Shown piece by piece: positions 44,871-54,770 of a stretch of DNA of 56,669 bases; the stretch's first letter is position 1, and each line of letters begins with the position of its first letter. Position numbers and translations under genes: made by a program. The DNA is from a virus (lineage: Duplodnaviria > Caudoviricetes). The notes under the pieces were generated by a model that did not search any database, was not told the origin of the DNA, and saw only the letters and a program-made list of their open reading frames with translations. The DNA lies in IMG/VR virus record IMGVR_UViG_3300008113_000379, positions 1-56,669 of that record. The stretch is one strand, 5' to 3'.

Positions 44871-45566
44871 ATGATATTTGCATTTGACGTTATTAGTGAC
44901 TTGTATTTAGGTCCGGACGATGAATTTGATTGGACCGGAAAACCAACAAGTTTATTTTGTATAGTCGCCGGTAATATATCTAGCGACATACATGTATTAA
45001 GTAGGGTTATGAAAAATCTAAGCGGCCTATATCAGGGCGTATTTTTCATAGACGGATCACTAGAAAACAATGATGTAAATATTAGACAAGATAGAATTAG
45101 AGATATACACAAAATATGCTCTAATTTCAGAAATGTTATATACTTACATAATCACGTAGTAGTAGTTGACGGGATTGCAGTTGTGGGTATTAACGGTTGG
45201 TACAAGAATTATCAAAACAATGATATTATTGATGATTTCCAAGCAAAGTGTTTTAGATATGAAGATATCAGTTATTTAGAAAACACTATAGAAAAACTAC
45301 AATTACACAATGACGTAAAACTTATCATTTTAGTTAGCAATTGTGTACCCTTTAAAGACTTGTATTTTGGGGAATGTGATACTATGGATGATGACATTTA
45401 TCCAGGTTATGTACTATACAAAGACACCGAACATAAAATCAAAAAATGGATTTACGGGACTTATGATAAAATAGTTGACACCAACATTAATGGAATCAAC
45501 TATATTAACAATGCTAAGTTTGACAAAGATCCTTATTATGCAAAACGCATAGAAATACTACGTTAA
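44871..45566 (+). CDS. degenerate metallophosphoesterase-fold protein
   Basis: Colinear with 38152-38994 but DLYL/AGNI/GSLE/NCVP/YGTYD replace the metal-binding motifs. Confidence 0.65.
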   Translation: MIFAFDVISDLYLGPDDEFDWTGKPTSLFCIVAGNISSDIHVLSRVMKNLSGLYQGVFFIDGSLENNDVNIRQDRIRDIHKICSNFRNVIYLHNHVVVVDGIAVVGINGWYKNYQNNDIIDDFQAKCFRYEDISYLENTIEKLQLHNDVKLIILVSNCVPFKDLYFGECDTMDDDIYPGYVLYKDTEHKIKKWIYGTYDKIVDTNINGINYINNAKFDKDPYYAKRIEILR

Positions 45567-45871
45567 CCCTCAGCTTCAATTTTAACTTGCAATGGGAAGC
45601 CCTCATTTCTAGCTTCCAAAGTTACTTCGATTCCTTTTTGTTCAGCAATCTCAAATGGTAGCACTGCTACTACTGCACTTCCGGCTTCGTGTATTCCGGT
45701 AGTAATTACTTCTGCGGTATCAACCGTGTAGCTAAAATGGTCTATAAGACTTCTAACTACGAATTGCATGGATGTGTGATTATCATTCATATAGATAACT
45801 TTGAACATCGGGGGTTCAGGCAATTTAAAGTCTGGTTTAATTTTTGTTCTGGAATCAGTTTTTGTTGACAT
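45563..45871 (-). CDS. clpS: Clp protease adaptor ClpS
   Basis: PP.FKVI..ND.HT.M.FV, IH..G.AV, E.AE.K, FPL. Confidence 0.9.
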   Translation of the reverse strand: MSTKTDSRTKIKPDFKLPEPPMFKVIYMNDNHTSMQFVVRSLIDHFSYTVDTAEVITTGIHEAGSAVVAVLPFEIAEQKGIEVTLEARNEGFPLQVKIEAEG

Positions 45872-45891
45872 GGTTTTTACCTTTTTATAAA

Positions 45892-45915
45892 AGTGTGCAG
45901 AGGATTCTGCACACT
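45892..45915 (-). terminator. stem-loop between hsp20 and clpS
   Basis: AGTGTGCAGA-GGAT-TCTGCACACT; T-run on the minus strand. Confidence 0.6.
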
Positions 45916-45931
45916 CGTTAGCTATATTATA

Positions 45932-46375
45932 TTATTTATTGTATTTTATATCAATCTTCTTGGGTAGTTTATCCTCAGGGATTTTTCTCTCTAAAAAGAC
46001 TGTTAGAATACCGTTTTTAATATTTGCTTCAATTACCTTAACATGTTCGTTAAGAGAAAACTTTTGTGTAAAGTTTCTACGGCTTAAACCTCGATGGTAG
46101 TATTCATAGTTAACAGGATCAGACTTTTCTTGTATTCCAGAAATGACTAATATTTGATTCTCTACAGTAACACTAATTTCACCTTCATCAAAGCCGGCTA
46201 CTGCTACCTCAATAGTAACAGTATTATCACCGGTCTTGATTACATTATGAGGGGGATAGTTCCCGTGTTGGCTTGCACTCAAGCGCATGATTTCATCAAA
46301 CATATTTTCAAACCCTATACCAAATTTATGTATGGTGGGTATGTCTATTGAACGTAATGTAATTTCTCTTGTCAT
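45932..46375 (-). CDS. small heat-shock protein Hsp20 (IbpA-like)
   Basis: IGFE.MF, YPP.NV, EVAVAGF, HRGLS.RNF, NGILTV.LER.IPE..P.KI.I. Confidence 0.93.
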   Translation of the reverse strand: MTREITLRSIDIPTIHKFGIGFENMFDEIMRLSASQHGNYPPHNVIKTGDNTVTIEVAVAGFDEGEISVTVENQILVISGIQEKSDPVNYEYYHRGLSRRNFTQKFSLNEHVKVIEANIKNGILTVFLERKIPEDKLPKKIDIKYNK

Positions 46376-46380
46376 TTTAT

Positions 46381-46436
46381 ATCTCCTTTAATAAGCAAGA
46401 TTCTTAAATCGGGCCCGCCCCATGCGGCACCCGATT
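46381..46436 (-). promoter_or_regulatory. ROSE-like RNA thermometer in the hsp20 leader
   Basis: 5' GC-rich hairpin, then UCUUGCU-6nt-AGGAGA pairing the SD with a bulged G. Confidence 0.7.
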
Positions 46437-46442
46437 GTGAAG

Positions 46443-48320
46443 TTAGGCTGTTTCTTTAACTTCGGCATCAACCACAGTATCATCTTTGTTCTGTGATTTC
46501 TGTTCTTCTTCAAGTTTAACTTTAGTAATAGGACCTATCACATCGTATAGTTCCTTAACACCAGTTTCAATCTTTTCTTTATCGTCACCTACGATAGCGG
46601 TATCAAGATTTGTGATAGCGGCTTCAATCTTTTCTTTTTCTTCGTCAGTGATTTTGTCACTATACTTGGTAAAGTCATTGCGGAACCCGTTAAGAGTGGA
46701 TTCTGCCACATTACGTGTTTGAATCAATTCAACTATTTTCTTATCTGCCTCAGCATTTTCTTCTGCCTCACTAACCATCTTTTGAATTTCTGCTTCTGTC
46801 AATCCACTATCTGATTTGATGGTAATCTTATTCTCTTTTCCAGTACCTTTGTCTTTAGCACTGATATGCATAATACCATTTGCGTCAATATCAAATGTAA
46901 CTTCAACTTGAGGCATACCTCTTGGCGCTGGTGCAATACCTTCTAAGTTAAACTCGCCTAAATGTTTATTGTGTGTAAACAACTCACGCTCACCTTGACC
47001 AACTTTAATAGTAACTGCCGGTTGATTGTCTTGTGCAGTACTAAATGTTTGACTAGCCTTAGTTGGAATAGTTGTATTCTTTTGGATAACTTTAGTGAAT
47101 ACACCACCTAGTGTTTCAATACCTAAACTTAATGGTGTAACATCAAGTAACAATACATCTGTTCTATCACCTGCTAACACAGCACCTTGTACTGCGGCAC
47201 CAACTGCAACTGCTTCATCTGGATTTACATCCTTACGAGGTGCTTTACCAAACAATTTTTCAACTGCTTCTTGTACTTTAGGCATGCGTGTCATGCCACC
47301 AACTAGAATAACTTCGTCAATATCACTACTTGTAACTCCAGCATCACGCATGGCGATTTCGCAAGGTTTAATACTGCGCTGGATTAGTTCATCAACTAGG
47401 CTTTCTAGCTTGGCACGACTCAGTTTGATGTTCATGTGCTTAGGACCATTTGCATCTGCTGTAATATAAGGCAAATTAACATCGGTCTGGCTACTACTAC
47501 TCAATTCTATTTTAGCTTTTTCACTAGATTCTTTTAATCGTTGTAATGCTAATACATCTTTGGTTAAATCAACACCAGTATCCTTTTTGAATTCTTCTAC
47601 TAAGAAATCCATGATTCGTTGGTCAAAATCTTCACCACCTAGGAATGTATCACCATTTGTAGATAATACTTCGATTTGCTTATCACCATCAACGTCTGCT
47701 AACTCAATGATTGATACGTCAAACGTACCACCGCCTAGGTCATATACAGCAATTTTACGGTCACGCTTTTCCTGTTTATCTACACCATACGCCAGTGCGG
47801 CTGCTGTAGGTTCGTTAATGATACGCAACACTTCTAGTCCAGCGATACGGCCGGCATCTTTGGTCGCCTGTCTTTGACTATCATTAAAATAAGCGGGAAC
47901 AGTAATAACTGCTTGTGTAACTTCATGACCTAGATAATCTTCCGCAGTCTTTTTCATTTTGCGTAAGACTTCTGCTGACACTTGCGGTGGTGCCAATTTT
48001 TTATCTTGTGCTTGAATCCAAGCATCACCATTTTCATTTTCAATGATACTATATGGCATCAAATCAATATCTTTTTGCACAGCCTGTTCATTGAACTTAC
48101 GTCCAATTAAACGTTTGCTTGCATAAATTGTGTTCTTTGGATTTGTAACTGCTTGGCGTTTGGCGCTTGCACCAACCAAGATTTCATCGTTTGCGTAGGC
48201 AACGATTGAGGGTGTTGTTCTAGCACCTTCTGAATTTTCAATTACTTTGGGATTGCCATTCTCAATAATGGCTACGCATGAATTTGTGGTACCCAAGTCG
48301 ATACCTATGACTTTGCTCAT
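46443..48320 (-). CDS. dnaK: chaperone DnaK (Hsp70)
   Basis: [38 protein letters not shown]; full length. Confidence 0.98.
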   Translation of the reverse strand: MSKVIGIDLGTTNSCVAIIENGNPKVIENSEGARTTPSIVAYANDEILVGASAKRQAVTNPKNTIYASKRLIGRKFNEQAVQKDIDLMPYSIIENENGDAWIQAQDKKLAPPQVSAEVLRKMKKTAEDYLGHEVTQAVITVPAYFNDSQRQATKDAGRIAGLEVLRIINEPTAAALAYGVDKQEKRDRKIAVYDLGGGTFDVSIIELADVDGDKQIEVLSTNGDTFLGGEDFDQRIMDFLVEEFKKDTGVDLTKDVLALQRLKESSEKAKIELSSSSQTDVNLPYITADANGPKHMNIKLSRAKLESLVDELIQRSIKPCEIAMRDAGVTSSDIDEVILVGGMTRMPKVQEAVEKLFGKAPRKDVNPDEAVAVGAAVQGAVLAGDRTDVLLLDVTPLSLGIETLGGVFTKVIQKNTTIPTKASQTFSTAQDNQPAVTIKVGQGERELFTHNKHLGEFNLEGIAPAPRGMPQVEVTFDIDANGIMHISAKDKGTGKENKITIKSDSGLTEAEIQKMVSEAEENAEADKKIVELIQTRNVAESTLNGFRNDFTKYSDKITDEEKEKIEAAITNLDTAIVGDDKEKIETGVKELYDVIGPITKVKLEEEQKSQNKDDTVVDAEVKETA

Positions 48321-48326
48321 TTTGTT

Positions 48327-48374
48327 TCTCCTTTAAAAAGCAAGACTTAACTGTAGACCTTTACAGCATCTACA
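48327..48374 (-). promoter_or_regulatory. ROSE-like RNA thermometer in the dnaK leader
   Basis: 5' hairpin UGUAGA..UCUACA, then UCUUGCU-6nt-AGGAGA. Confidence 0.65.
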
Positions 48375-48425
48375 TGTATATATCTATTTTAGATGATTGC
48401 GTAAAATATTTGTATATTATTCGGG

Positions 48426-48647
48426 TTAATACATTTTTGGGGGAAGTTGCTGGTCACGCAAATACTTTTTCCAACGGCGCTTAGCCTGACCATGGGCTAA
48501 TTTTCTTTTTACTGTGGGTTTTACAAATTCTTGACGGTCACGGACCTCTTGAAGAAGGCCAGTCTCACTTACCTTTTTCTTTAGTTTACGCAATGCTTTT
48601 TCAACGTTTCCGTCATGCACTTGAATTTTTCTTCCTTTTGGCATCAT
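48426..48647 (-). CDS. rpsU: ribosomal protein bS21
   Basis: V..GNVEKALRKLKKKV...GLL.EVR.R.EF.KPT.KRK...A.RR. Confidence 0.9.
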   Translation of the reverse strand: MMPKGRKIQVHDGNVEKALRKLKKKVSETGLLQEVRDRQEFVKPTVKRKLAHGQAKRRWKKYLRDQQLPPKMY

Positions 48648-49843
48648 ATGATAGGTTTAGGGTTAATTACTTGTTCCCTATCTATATTTAGTAGTTTCAC
48701 CTTGTTCTTGCGGTATTTTTTAGTATGATACATATGACACATCAATACACGTTCAATCTCAGTGTGTAATCCACGTGCGCCTGTTTTTAACGTTAATGTG
48801 TTCTCAGCAATTTGATCCAGTGCTTCTGTAGTGAATGTTAGTTCAATTTCGTCTAATTTTAACAAATATTTGTACTGACTGACGTAATTGTTCTTAACGT
48901 CTGTTAAAATTTTGATTAGTTGTTCTTTGTTTAATTCTTGGATACTGACTGTAGTAGTAAATCTACCTATAAATTCAGGAATCATTCCATATTTGGTCAG
49001 GTCATCTGGACTTACTTTAGTTAAATCACCTTCAACTTTGTTATCCTTGATATCGGCACCGAATCCAATGCTGGTTCCATTAGTACGTTTTGCGATAACA
49101 TCTTTGAGACCCACGAATGCACCACCGGCAATGAATAGAATGTTTTTTGTATCAATTTCATTCATGTCATTACCAGGATGTTTTCTTCCGCCCTGACTAG
49201 AAATTCTACATATAGTACCTTCAACTAACTTGAGTAACGCTTGTTGTACACCTTCACCTGATACATCACGTGTGATACTGGTGCTCTCACCTTTACGTGC
49301 AATTTTATCAATTTCATCAATAAAAATTATTCCACGTTCCGCAAGTTGTTTGTCACCATTGGCAGCATTTACTAGCATATTAATCATTGATTCAACGTCA
49401 TCACCAACATACCCTGCCTCAGTTAAACTTGTGGCATCAGCAACAATAAAGGGCACTTTGAGATACTTAGCCGCAGTCTTAGCAAGCAATGTTTTACCAC
49501 TACCTGTGGGGCCTACAATAAGTACGTTGCCCTTTTGAATCTCTAAGTCTTTGGGAGGATTGTTGATCCTTTTATAGTGATTGGCAATCGCCACACTAAG
49601 AACCATTTTAGCATCATCTTGACCAATTACATGCTGGTCAAGATAATCTTTAATTGATTCAGGATCAAACTCGGGTTGAATGTCATCATTATGTTCTGAT
49701 ATTTCATCAATAATTAAGTCTTGGCATAACTCTACGCAATCACTGCATATAGCTACTGTTCCTCCTACGACTAATTTTTTGACGCCATCTTTGTGTGCCC
49801 CACAAAAACTGCAATGATTGATTTGTTTAGTTTCTTCGGTCAT
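48644..49843 (-). CDS. clpX: ATP-dependent Clp protease ATP-binding subunit ClpX
   Basis: CSFC/C.DC zinc finger, [33 protein letters not shown] loop. Confidence 0.97.
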   Translation of the reverse strand: MTEETKQINHCSFCGAHKDGVKKLVVGGTVAICSDCVELCQDLIIDEISEHNDDIQPEFDPESIKDYLDQHVIGQDDAKMVLSVAIANHYKRINNPPKDLEIQKGNVLIVGPTGSGKTLLAKTAAKYLKVPFIVADATSLTEAGYVGDDVESMINMLVNAANGDKQLAERGIIFIDEIDKIARKGESTSITRDVSGEGVQQALLKLVEGTICRISSQGGRKHPGNDMNEIDTKNILFIAGGAFVGLKDVIAKRTNGTSIGFGADIKDNKVEGDLTKVSPDDLTKYGMIPEFIGRFTTTVSIQELNKEQLIKILTDVKNNYVSQYKYLLKLDEIELTFTTEALDQIAENTLTLKTGARGLHTEIERVLMCHMYHTKKYRKNKVKLLNIDREQVINPKPII

Positions 49844-49868
49844 TAATATACTTATTCTTGTTCGTAGT

Positions 49869-50873
49869 TTAGCTAAAATTATAGCACGAACCTGTAGTAT
49901 ATGTCAACTCGACTTTTCTTGCTTTTCCTAGTTTGGTATAATTAGGATTAGTGGGATGAACTTTTATCATAACTTGACCCTCAAAACCCTCGTTACCTCG
50001 GATGATAAGCGGATCTACTTTGTTGAGAGGCATCATATATAATGGTTCTGAACATGAACTAAACAACATTTTACCGTTATCGTCATACACACTGGACATG
50101 ATATAGATTGAACCTCTGATTTTGCTCTTAATCAAGTCTGCACGTATACCATCATTGAAATAGTATCTATCAGTTTGACCTATGAGCCATGCCTTAGGAT
50201 CTTTACTTTGAATGAATACTCTTTCTTGGTAGATAGAGTTTGACTTTGAATCTTCTAATTTCTTGAGAATTTCATTCAATGCAACAAGATAGTTATAGTT
50301 CCAAAAGATACTATAGTCAGCCATGATAATAGCATTTCTATCCTTGTCAGTTAAAAACTTTACATCACCTTTTGTAAGTGTAAAACCTTTACTAGACAGG
50401 TCATTCAATACACTAGCCAAAACATTGTCACCACTTTCTCTTTCCTTATTATAGGTCTGAAATTGTGCTGTCATCTTAGAACCATTTAATGGTTCTTGGT
50501 CTTTGAATTTACCTAATACACGTTCATGTATCTTACTGCTTTTGACATTAATGTCCATTACCAGTGATACACCAAAGTCTGTAGTAGCATTGCTGATAAT
50601 TTTATAATCATCAATATAACCTGCACTATGCTTTGCAATCTCGTCACGAATAAGTTGATTACTTTTTACTTCGGCATCACTGATAACAATCGAACCTACA
50701 ATAATTTCAATTGCAGTACGAAAACCATTTGTTTTTGCATCTTCAAAATTTTTACCTGTACCGATTACACGAACATATCCTGGCTCAGTTAAGCCAGAAA
50801 AACTCTTACCGGTAGGCTTATCAGATGCACATGCTGATAATGCCAGCATGAGCATAGGTAATAAGTATCTCAT
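49869..50873 (-). CDS. lipoprotein
   Basis: Lipobox LSAC; G.G.N..DAK..A..AIE..G. Confidence 0.7.
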   Translation of the reverse strand: MRYLLPMLMLALSACASDKPTGKSFSGLTEPGYVRVIGTGKNFEDAKTNGFRTAIEIIVGSIVISDAEVKSNQLIRDEIAKHSAGYIDDYKIISNATTDFGVSLVMDINVKSSKIHERVLGKFKDQEPLNGSKMTAQFQTYNKERESGDNVLASVLNDLSSKGFTLTKGDVKFLTDKDRNAIIMADYSIFWNYNYLVALNEILKKLEDSKSNSIYQERVFIQSKDPKAWLIGQTDRYYFNDGIRADLIKSKIRGSIYIMSSVYDDNGKMLFSSCSEPLYMMPLNKVDPLIIRGNEGFEGQVMIKVHPTNPNYTKLGKARKVELTYTTGSCYNFS

Positions 50874-51496
50874 TTCATTTTTCTAGCAAGTTGATTACGT
50901 GCATCTTCGCTGTCTAAATCCCAGCGAATAGTTACCGCAACTTCTTGCACACCAACTACTTCTTCTTTCACTTTAATAAATCCTTTAAGAATGGATCGTG
51001 AAGATGTTTGAATAGATTCGGTCAATTGAACAACCGTATCGTTGGTGTTTTCTCTGAGACTAACTTTGCTAGCCTCTTTATCAGTCATTTCAACTGCCTT
51101 GTCATCAGCCTTACCTGCATTAACTTTGTCAGTGGCTTTCTCAATGTTTTTAGCAATAGTGTTATTCACACGATTGGTAGTAATTTCTTTGTTTAAGAAT
51201 TCACTTATATTAGCGTTGGCTCGCATTTCGGCTCTAGTCAATGCATTACGCATGTTATTAGTAGTGTTACCAAAACTTGGTGCTGTGCCAGTAGCTTCAA
51301 TTGCAACAATTTTGCAATCACGACTAAAACTGAACCAAGCACATTTAGTTTCAATCTTAATATTCTCACTTACAAAAGAAGTGGAAAGTTTTTGATTAGC
51401 AATTGGCTCGTTACTATTAGTACCGTTGCCCATTTTCATACTAGAACATGCGCCTAGTGTGAATGCTACTGCTAGAAAAGTGAGTGTGTGTTTCAT
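50870..51496 (-). CDS. LPP20-like lipoprotein
   Basis: Lipobox LGAC; ATG.A..A..RAE.RA...I.EF. Confidence 0.7.
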   Translation of the reverse strand: MKHTLTFLAVAFTLGACSSMKMGNGTNSNEPIANQKLSTSFVSENIKIETKCAWFSFSRDCKIVAIEATGTAPSFGNTTNNMRNALTRAEMRANANISEFLNKEITTNRVNNTIAKNIEKATDKVNAGKADDKAVEMTDKEASKVSLRENTNDTVVQLTESIQTSSRSILKGFIKVKEEVVGVQEVAVTIRWDLDSEDARNQLARKMK

Positions 51497-51529
51497 AAGT
51501 TTCCCTATAAGTTGTTGAACAATGAAGAT

Positions 51530-51558
51530 AGTATAACAGAATATGGATTATTCTGCAA
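51530..51558 (-). promoter_or_regulatory. sigma70-type promoter
   Basis: TTGCAG-17nt-TATACT. Confidence 0.5.
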
Positions 51559-51567
51559 TTATTTTGG

Positions 51568-53136
51568 TTAACTATTTTGAGATTTTATGAATTTTTCCAC
51601 TGCATCTTGCTCATTTATAGTAAGCAATTCCGGGTCATATTCGCCCGTAGCGATTCGGTCAACTAAAAATTGTAAGTATTCTGAATTTAAATGGGTGTCC
51701 GTAATTTCTTTATTGGTTTTTATCCATCTTGCCCCATTATGCTTATACACTTGATTTGGAATCACATCCACCCTCACAAAGGTGTCACCTACGTGAGGAT
51801 TAGAAGGAAATTCTGTTCCAAAATTGGTTCTATTTTTTCTAATACTATCTTCTTCAAGAAAGAATTCTGGGTGTATGTCTCTTAGTACACGAATATGCAT
51901 ACTCTTACCCTCAAACTCTACATAGTCCCCGTCTCCCTTTTTATAAGGTAATTTTTTTGATTTTTGGTTTGGTTCTTCTGCAAACTCAGGACCCGTTTGT
52001 AGCCATGTGCCGTCTGCAAGTTTGATTCCTTCAAAATTAGGCGAATCTCCCTTCACTGGTTCTGGATCTACTGTATCTGCCATTTGTTCTTCAATTGTGG
52101 GCTGAGACTTCTTTTCTAATTCTTTAAAGACTTCTTCCTCTTCTTTAGTAACTTCAACAACTTCTACTGGTTTTATATCGCTAAACTTATTGGCTACGTA
52201 AGGCTCAAATTCTTCCGGTGGTTTAGCAGAAGGGAAGGGCCAGGATGCAATAGGTTCACTATCTAATGCTTGTATTTCTTCTTCGGTGAATGGTCTTGTA
52301 TCTTCTTCTTTAGGTGGGATGATAGCCATAGCATTTTTATCATCTTCAATTGGTTGTTCTTTATCCCAATCTTTACTTTGGTTAGCCGCAATTACTAGCA
52401 TAATAGCAAGTGGATCAAAAACAATAACAAGTAATATAATTACCCAACGTACTGCACGTTCTAATAAATTAGCATCCGGATCATCACCGTAGATGAATGC
52501 CGCAATGTATTTAATAGGTCCTACTTCGGCTTCCACCTTGCGTAATTCACTAGCAATAGGCGCTCGTTCTTCATTTAATTTAGCAATAATATTTTGTGCT
52601 TTGGCTATATCATTTTGTAATGCAGTTCGTTCTTTTTGTTGTTGTCTGCGGATTTGAACAGCACGTTCTGCACCCCTATCACTATCAGTACGACCCAACA
52701 TTTGGTCTACTTGTGCATCCATTTGTGTTAGTGCTTTTCTACTTGTCTCTATATTATCTCGCTCAGTCTTTATCTTCTCGTCAAGTAAAGCAACTTTAGC
52801 CGCAACATCACCAGTAGGTACACCTTGATCCAAATGAGCCTTACTTAAGAATCCAAAGATACCCATACTTGTTAGTAGTGCAAGTGCAACAACTGCAGGT
52901 ACTAGGTACATTTTCATTATCCAACCACACCGATCCCAGTACTTGCGTAACCAAACTGTAGTTGTAATTTTTGCTAACTCCAATGCACCGCCCATAATGA
53001 TAATGGGGATAACCGCTCCTGCAAAGATAGCGGTTAGACCAATGATACTATACCAAGCGGCTATTGAACTTAGGGTTAATGCTACTAGTAATGTAGCATT
53101 GCTAAATGTGAATATTGATAAAAATCGTGAGAACAT
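51568..53136 (-). CDS. multi-TM coiled-coil membrane protein
   Basis: Three N-terminal TMs, coiled coil, EVGPIKYIA, IVFDPLA TM, acidic tail. Confidence 0.75.
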   Translation of the reverse strand: MFSRFLSIFTFSNATLLVALTLSSIAAWYSIIGLTAIFAGAVIPIIIMGGALELAKITTTVWLRKYWDRCGWIMKMYLVPAVVALALLTSMGIFGFLSKAHLDQGVPTGDVAAKVALLDEKIKTERDNIETSRKALTQMDAQVDQMLGRTDSDRGAERAVQIRRQQQKERTALQNDIAKAQNIIAKLNEERAPIASELRKVEAEVGPIKYIAAFIYGDDPDANLLERAVRWVIILLVIVFDPLAIMLVIAANQSKDWDKEQPIEDDKNAMAIIPPKEEDTRPFTEEEIQALDSEPIASWPFPSAKPPEEFEPYVANKFSDIKPVEVVEVTKEEEEVFKELEKKSQPTIEEQMADTVDPEPVKGDSPNFEGIKLADGTWLQTGPEFAEEPNQKSKKLPYKKGDGDYVEFEGKSMHIRVLRDIHPEFFLEEDSIRKNRTNFGTEFPSNPHVGDTFVRVDVIPNQVYKHNGARWIKTNKEITDTHLNSEYLQFLVDRIATGEYDPELLTINEQDAVEKFIKSQNS

Positions 53137-53169
53137 TTGAATATTTAGTGTGGTTACGTGGTCAATGTA

Positions 53170-53394
53170 TTATAACACTTTACCTAAACCACACCAAATT
53201 AATTGGTCTAATTCATATTGATAGTCTTTGCCCATTCGGCGCCTTTCATAAATGGCTTCAAGTATTTCTTTAGTGTCTCCATAATCACCTATAGTCTCAC
53301 CGCGCCTTGCTAATTCGTCAAGCAAATCATCAGTATCAAAATCATCAATGTCAACATCAACTTCAACCTCTTTATAAATTGTTTTATAAGGCAT
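53170..53394 (-). CDS. acidic hypothetical protein
   Basis: AGGAG RBS; VDVDIDDFDTDDL. Confidence 0.65.
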   Translation of the reverse strand: MPYKTIYKEVEVDVDIDDFDTDDLLDELARRGETIGDYGDTKEILEAIYERRRMGKDYQYELDQLIWCGLGKVL

Positions 53395-53605
53395 TATCTT
53401 CTCCTTCTTCGAATAAATGTCCGTATGTATCTCTGAATTCTTGCTCTCGCATTACTAACTTACGAGGTAAACTATTACCATTACTAACAGTAAATGTAAC
53501 AAATGGCTCTACTGACTCGTCATAGTCTCTATTTTTTATTTGTATAACTTGAATAACACTACCGTCATCAAATACAAATTTTCTACCTACTAAATCATTA
53601 TTCAT
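53384..53605 (-). CDS. hypothetical protein
   Basis: Coupled ORF. Confidence 0.6.
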   Translation of the reverse strand: MNNDLVGRKFVFDDGSVIQVIQIKNRDYDESVEPFVTFTVSNGNSLPRKLVMREQEFRDTYGHLFEEGEDNAL

Positions 53606-54350
53606 TGGCTCTCTCAATTTCTTCTACAGGTGCGGCACACCTTGGACACACATCTTCTTCATCATCATTGTTAGCAGTTTCAGTCCAATCGCCAATCCAA
53701 TCACACTCGGTGCATTTCATAGGAACTACGTCACTGGTTGCTGACAGTTTATCAAACTCACGTTTCAATTCTTCTAATGCCTTTTCCAACTCTGCTTGTG
53801 TTGCGGCATCATCTTCTTCAACTTCATCATTTTCCCCATCATCCTTTAAATGACTCAGTGCATTAGTCTTTCGCTCTAGTTCTTTTTGTTCTTCTTGGAC
53901 ACCAATTTCAGTTAGTTCGGTGTCACTTTCACACATTGGACAAACTTTTTTGGCTTCACGCTCACCAGTTTCATCATCTTCTGGCCATATCCAATCAGTA
54001 TCAAACTTAGAACCTTCCCACTTACACTTAGTACACTTGTGTGTTACAGGAGATACATAATCTTCACGCACTTCCCAATCTTCAACACTATATGTGATAT
54101 CATACCCACCTTTACGGTCAGTCCACCAATCATCATCGTTGAGATAGTCCCAATCTAAGTCAACATCATTTTCCCAAGCATCATTAATAACTTCGTCAAT
54201 ATCTTCGTCACCGGATTCTAATCCATTTAATTTTGCTTGGATTTCATCTTCATCTAGGTCAGGATAAATCTCACTAAGGGTATCAGCATCTATTTCAATG
54301 CCATATCGTTTTTCAACCTGATGCCACTCACTCTTTACTACTGTTACCAT
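53598..54350 (-). CDS. acidic protein with two zinc-ribbon repeats
   Basis: CTKCKWEG..VCPMC and CTECDWIG..VCPRC. Confidence 0.7.
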   Translation of the reverse strand: MVTVVKSEWHQVEKRYGIEIDADTLSEIYPDLDEDEIQAKLNGLESGDEDIDEVINDAWENDVDLDWDYLNDDDWWTDRKGGYDITYSVEDWEVREDYVSPVTHKCTKCKWEGSKFDTDWIWPEDDETGEREAKKVCPMCESDTELTEIGVQEEQKELERKTNALSHLKDDGENDEVEEDDAATQAELEKALEELKREFDKLSATSDVVPMKCTECDWIGDWTETANNDDEEDVCPRCAAPVEEIERANE

Positions 54351-54525
54351 TTTTCATCCCTTCACTAGTTAGTTGTTCCATGTAATATATATACTGTGGA
54401 TATTGTTTTGCCAATTGAGAAATCACAGAGTGCATATCACGTTTTATAATTTCTATATCATCTGTTCTTCCAACAAATTCAGCTAATTTTTTATTGAGTA
54501 AAATTTTAAAATTAGACTTATTCAT
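54328..54525 (-). CDS. hypothetical protein
   Basis: Coupled ORF. Confidence 0.5.
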   Translation of the reverse strand: MNKSNFKILLNKKLAEFVGRTDDIEIIKRDMHSVISQLAKQYPQYIYYMEQLTSEGMKNGNSSKE

Positions 54526-54770
54526 TTTATTTCTTTAAGAGGCTTAACGTCTTTGTGTTTTACAATTATAAAGTGTTTATACTCTTTGTCAATCTTAATT
54601 GGTAAATCTAGATGTATAGTAATCTCCGGGCCGATAATTTCACTTATCAACCTATCATTACCCACCGTACCCATAAATGGAATTTTATTGTACTTACCAA
54701 ATACTCTATCACCGATAAAGTATTTTGGCTTATAACCTTTTTCTTGGAAATAATCTGTTTGTGTTCCCAT
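54522..54770 (-). CDS. SH3/KOW-like hypothetical protein
   Basis: IGDRV.G...PF.GTV. Confidence 0.6.
   Translation of the reverse strand: MGTQTDYFQEKGYKPKYFIGDRVFGKYNKIPFMGTVGNDRLISEIIGPEITIHLDLPIKIDKEYKHFIIVKHKDVKPLKEIK

Noticed and set aside
46486-49538. Plus-strand ORFs antisense to dnaK and clpX, and similar shadow ORFs throughout the window
   Set aside because: Antisense frames of well-supported genes, with no RBS or recognisable motifs
42187-49843. Bacterial chromosome segment
   Set aside because: Gene order is unlike bacterial clpP-clpX or dnaK-dnaJ operons, and the genes are interleaved with phage promoters and phage-type ORFs of similar composition
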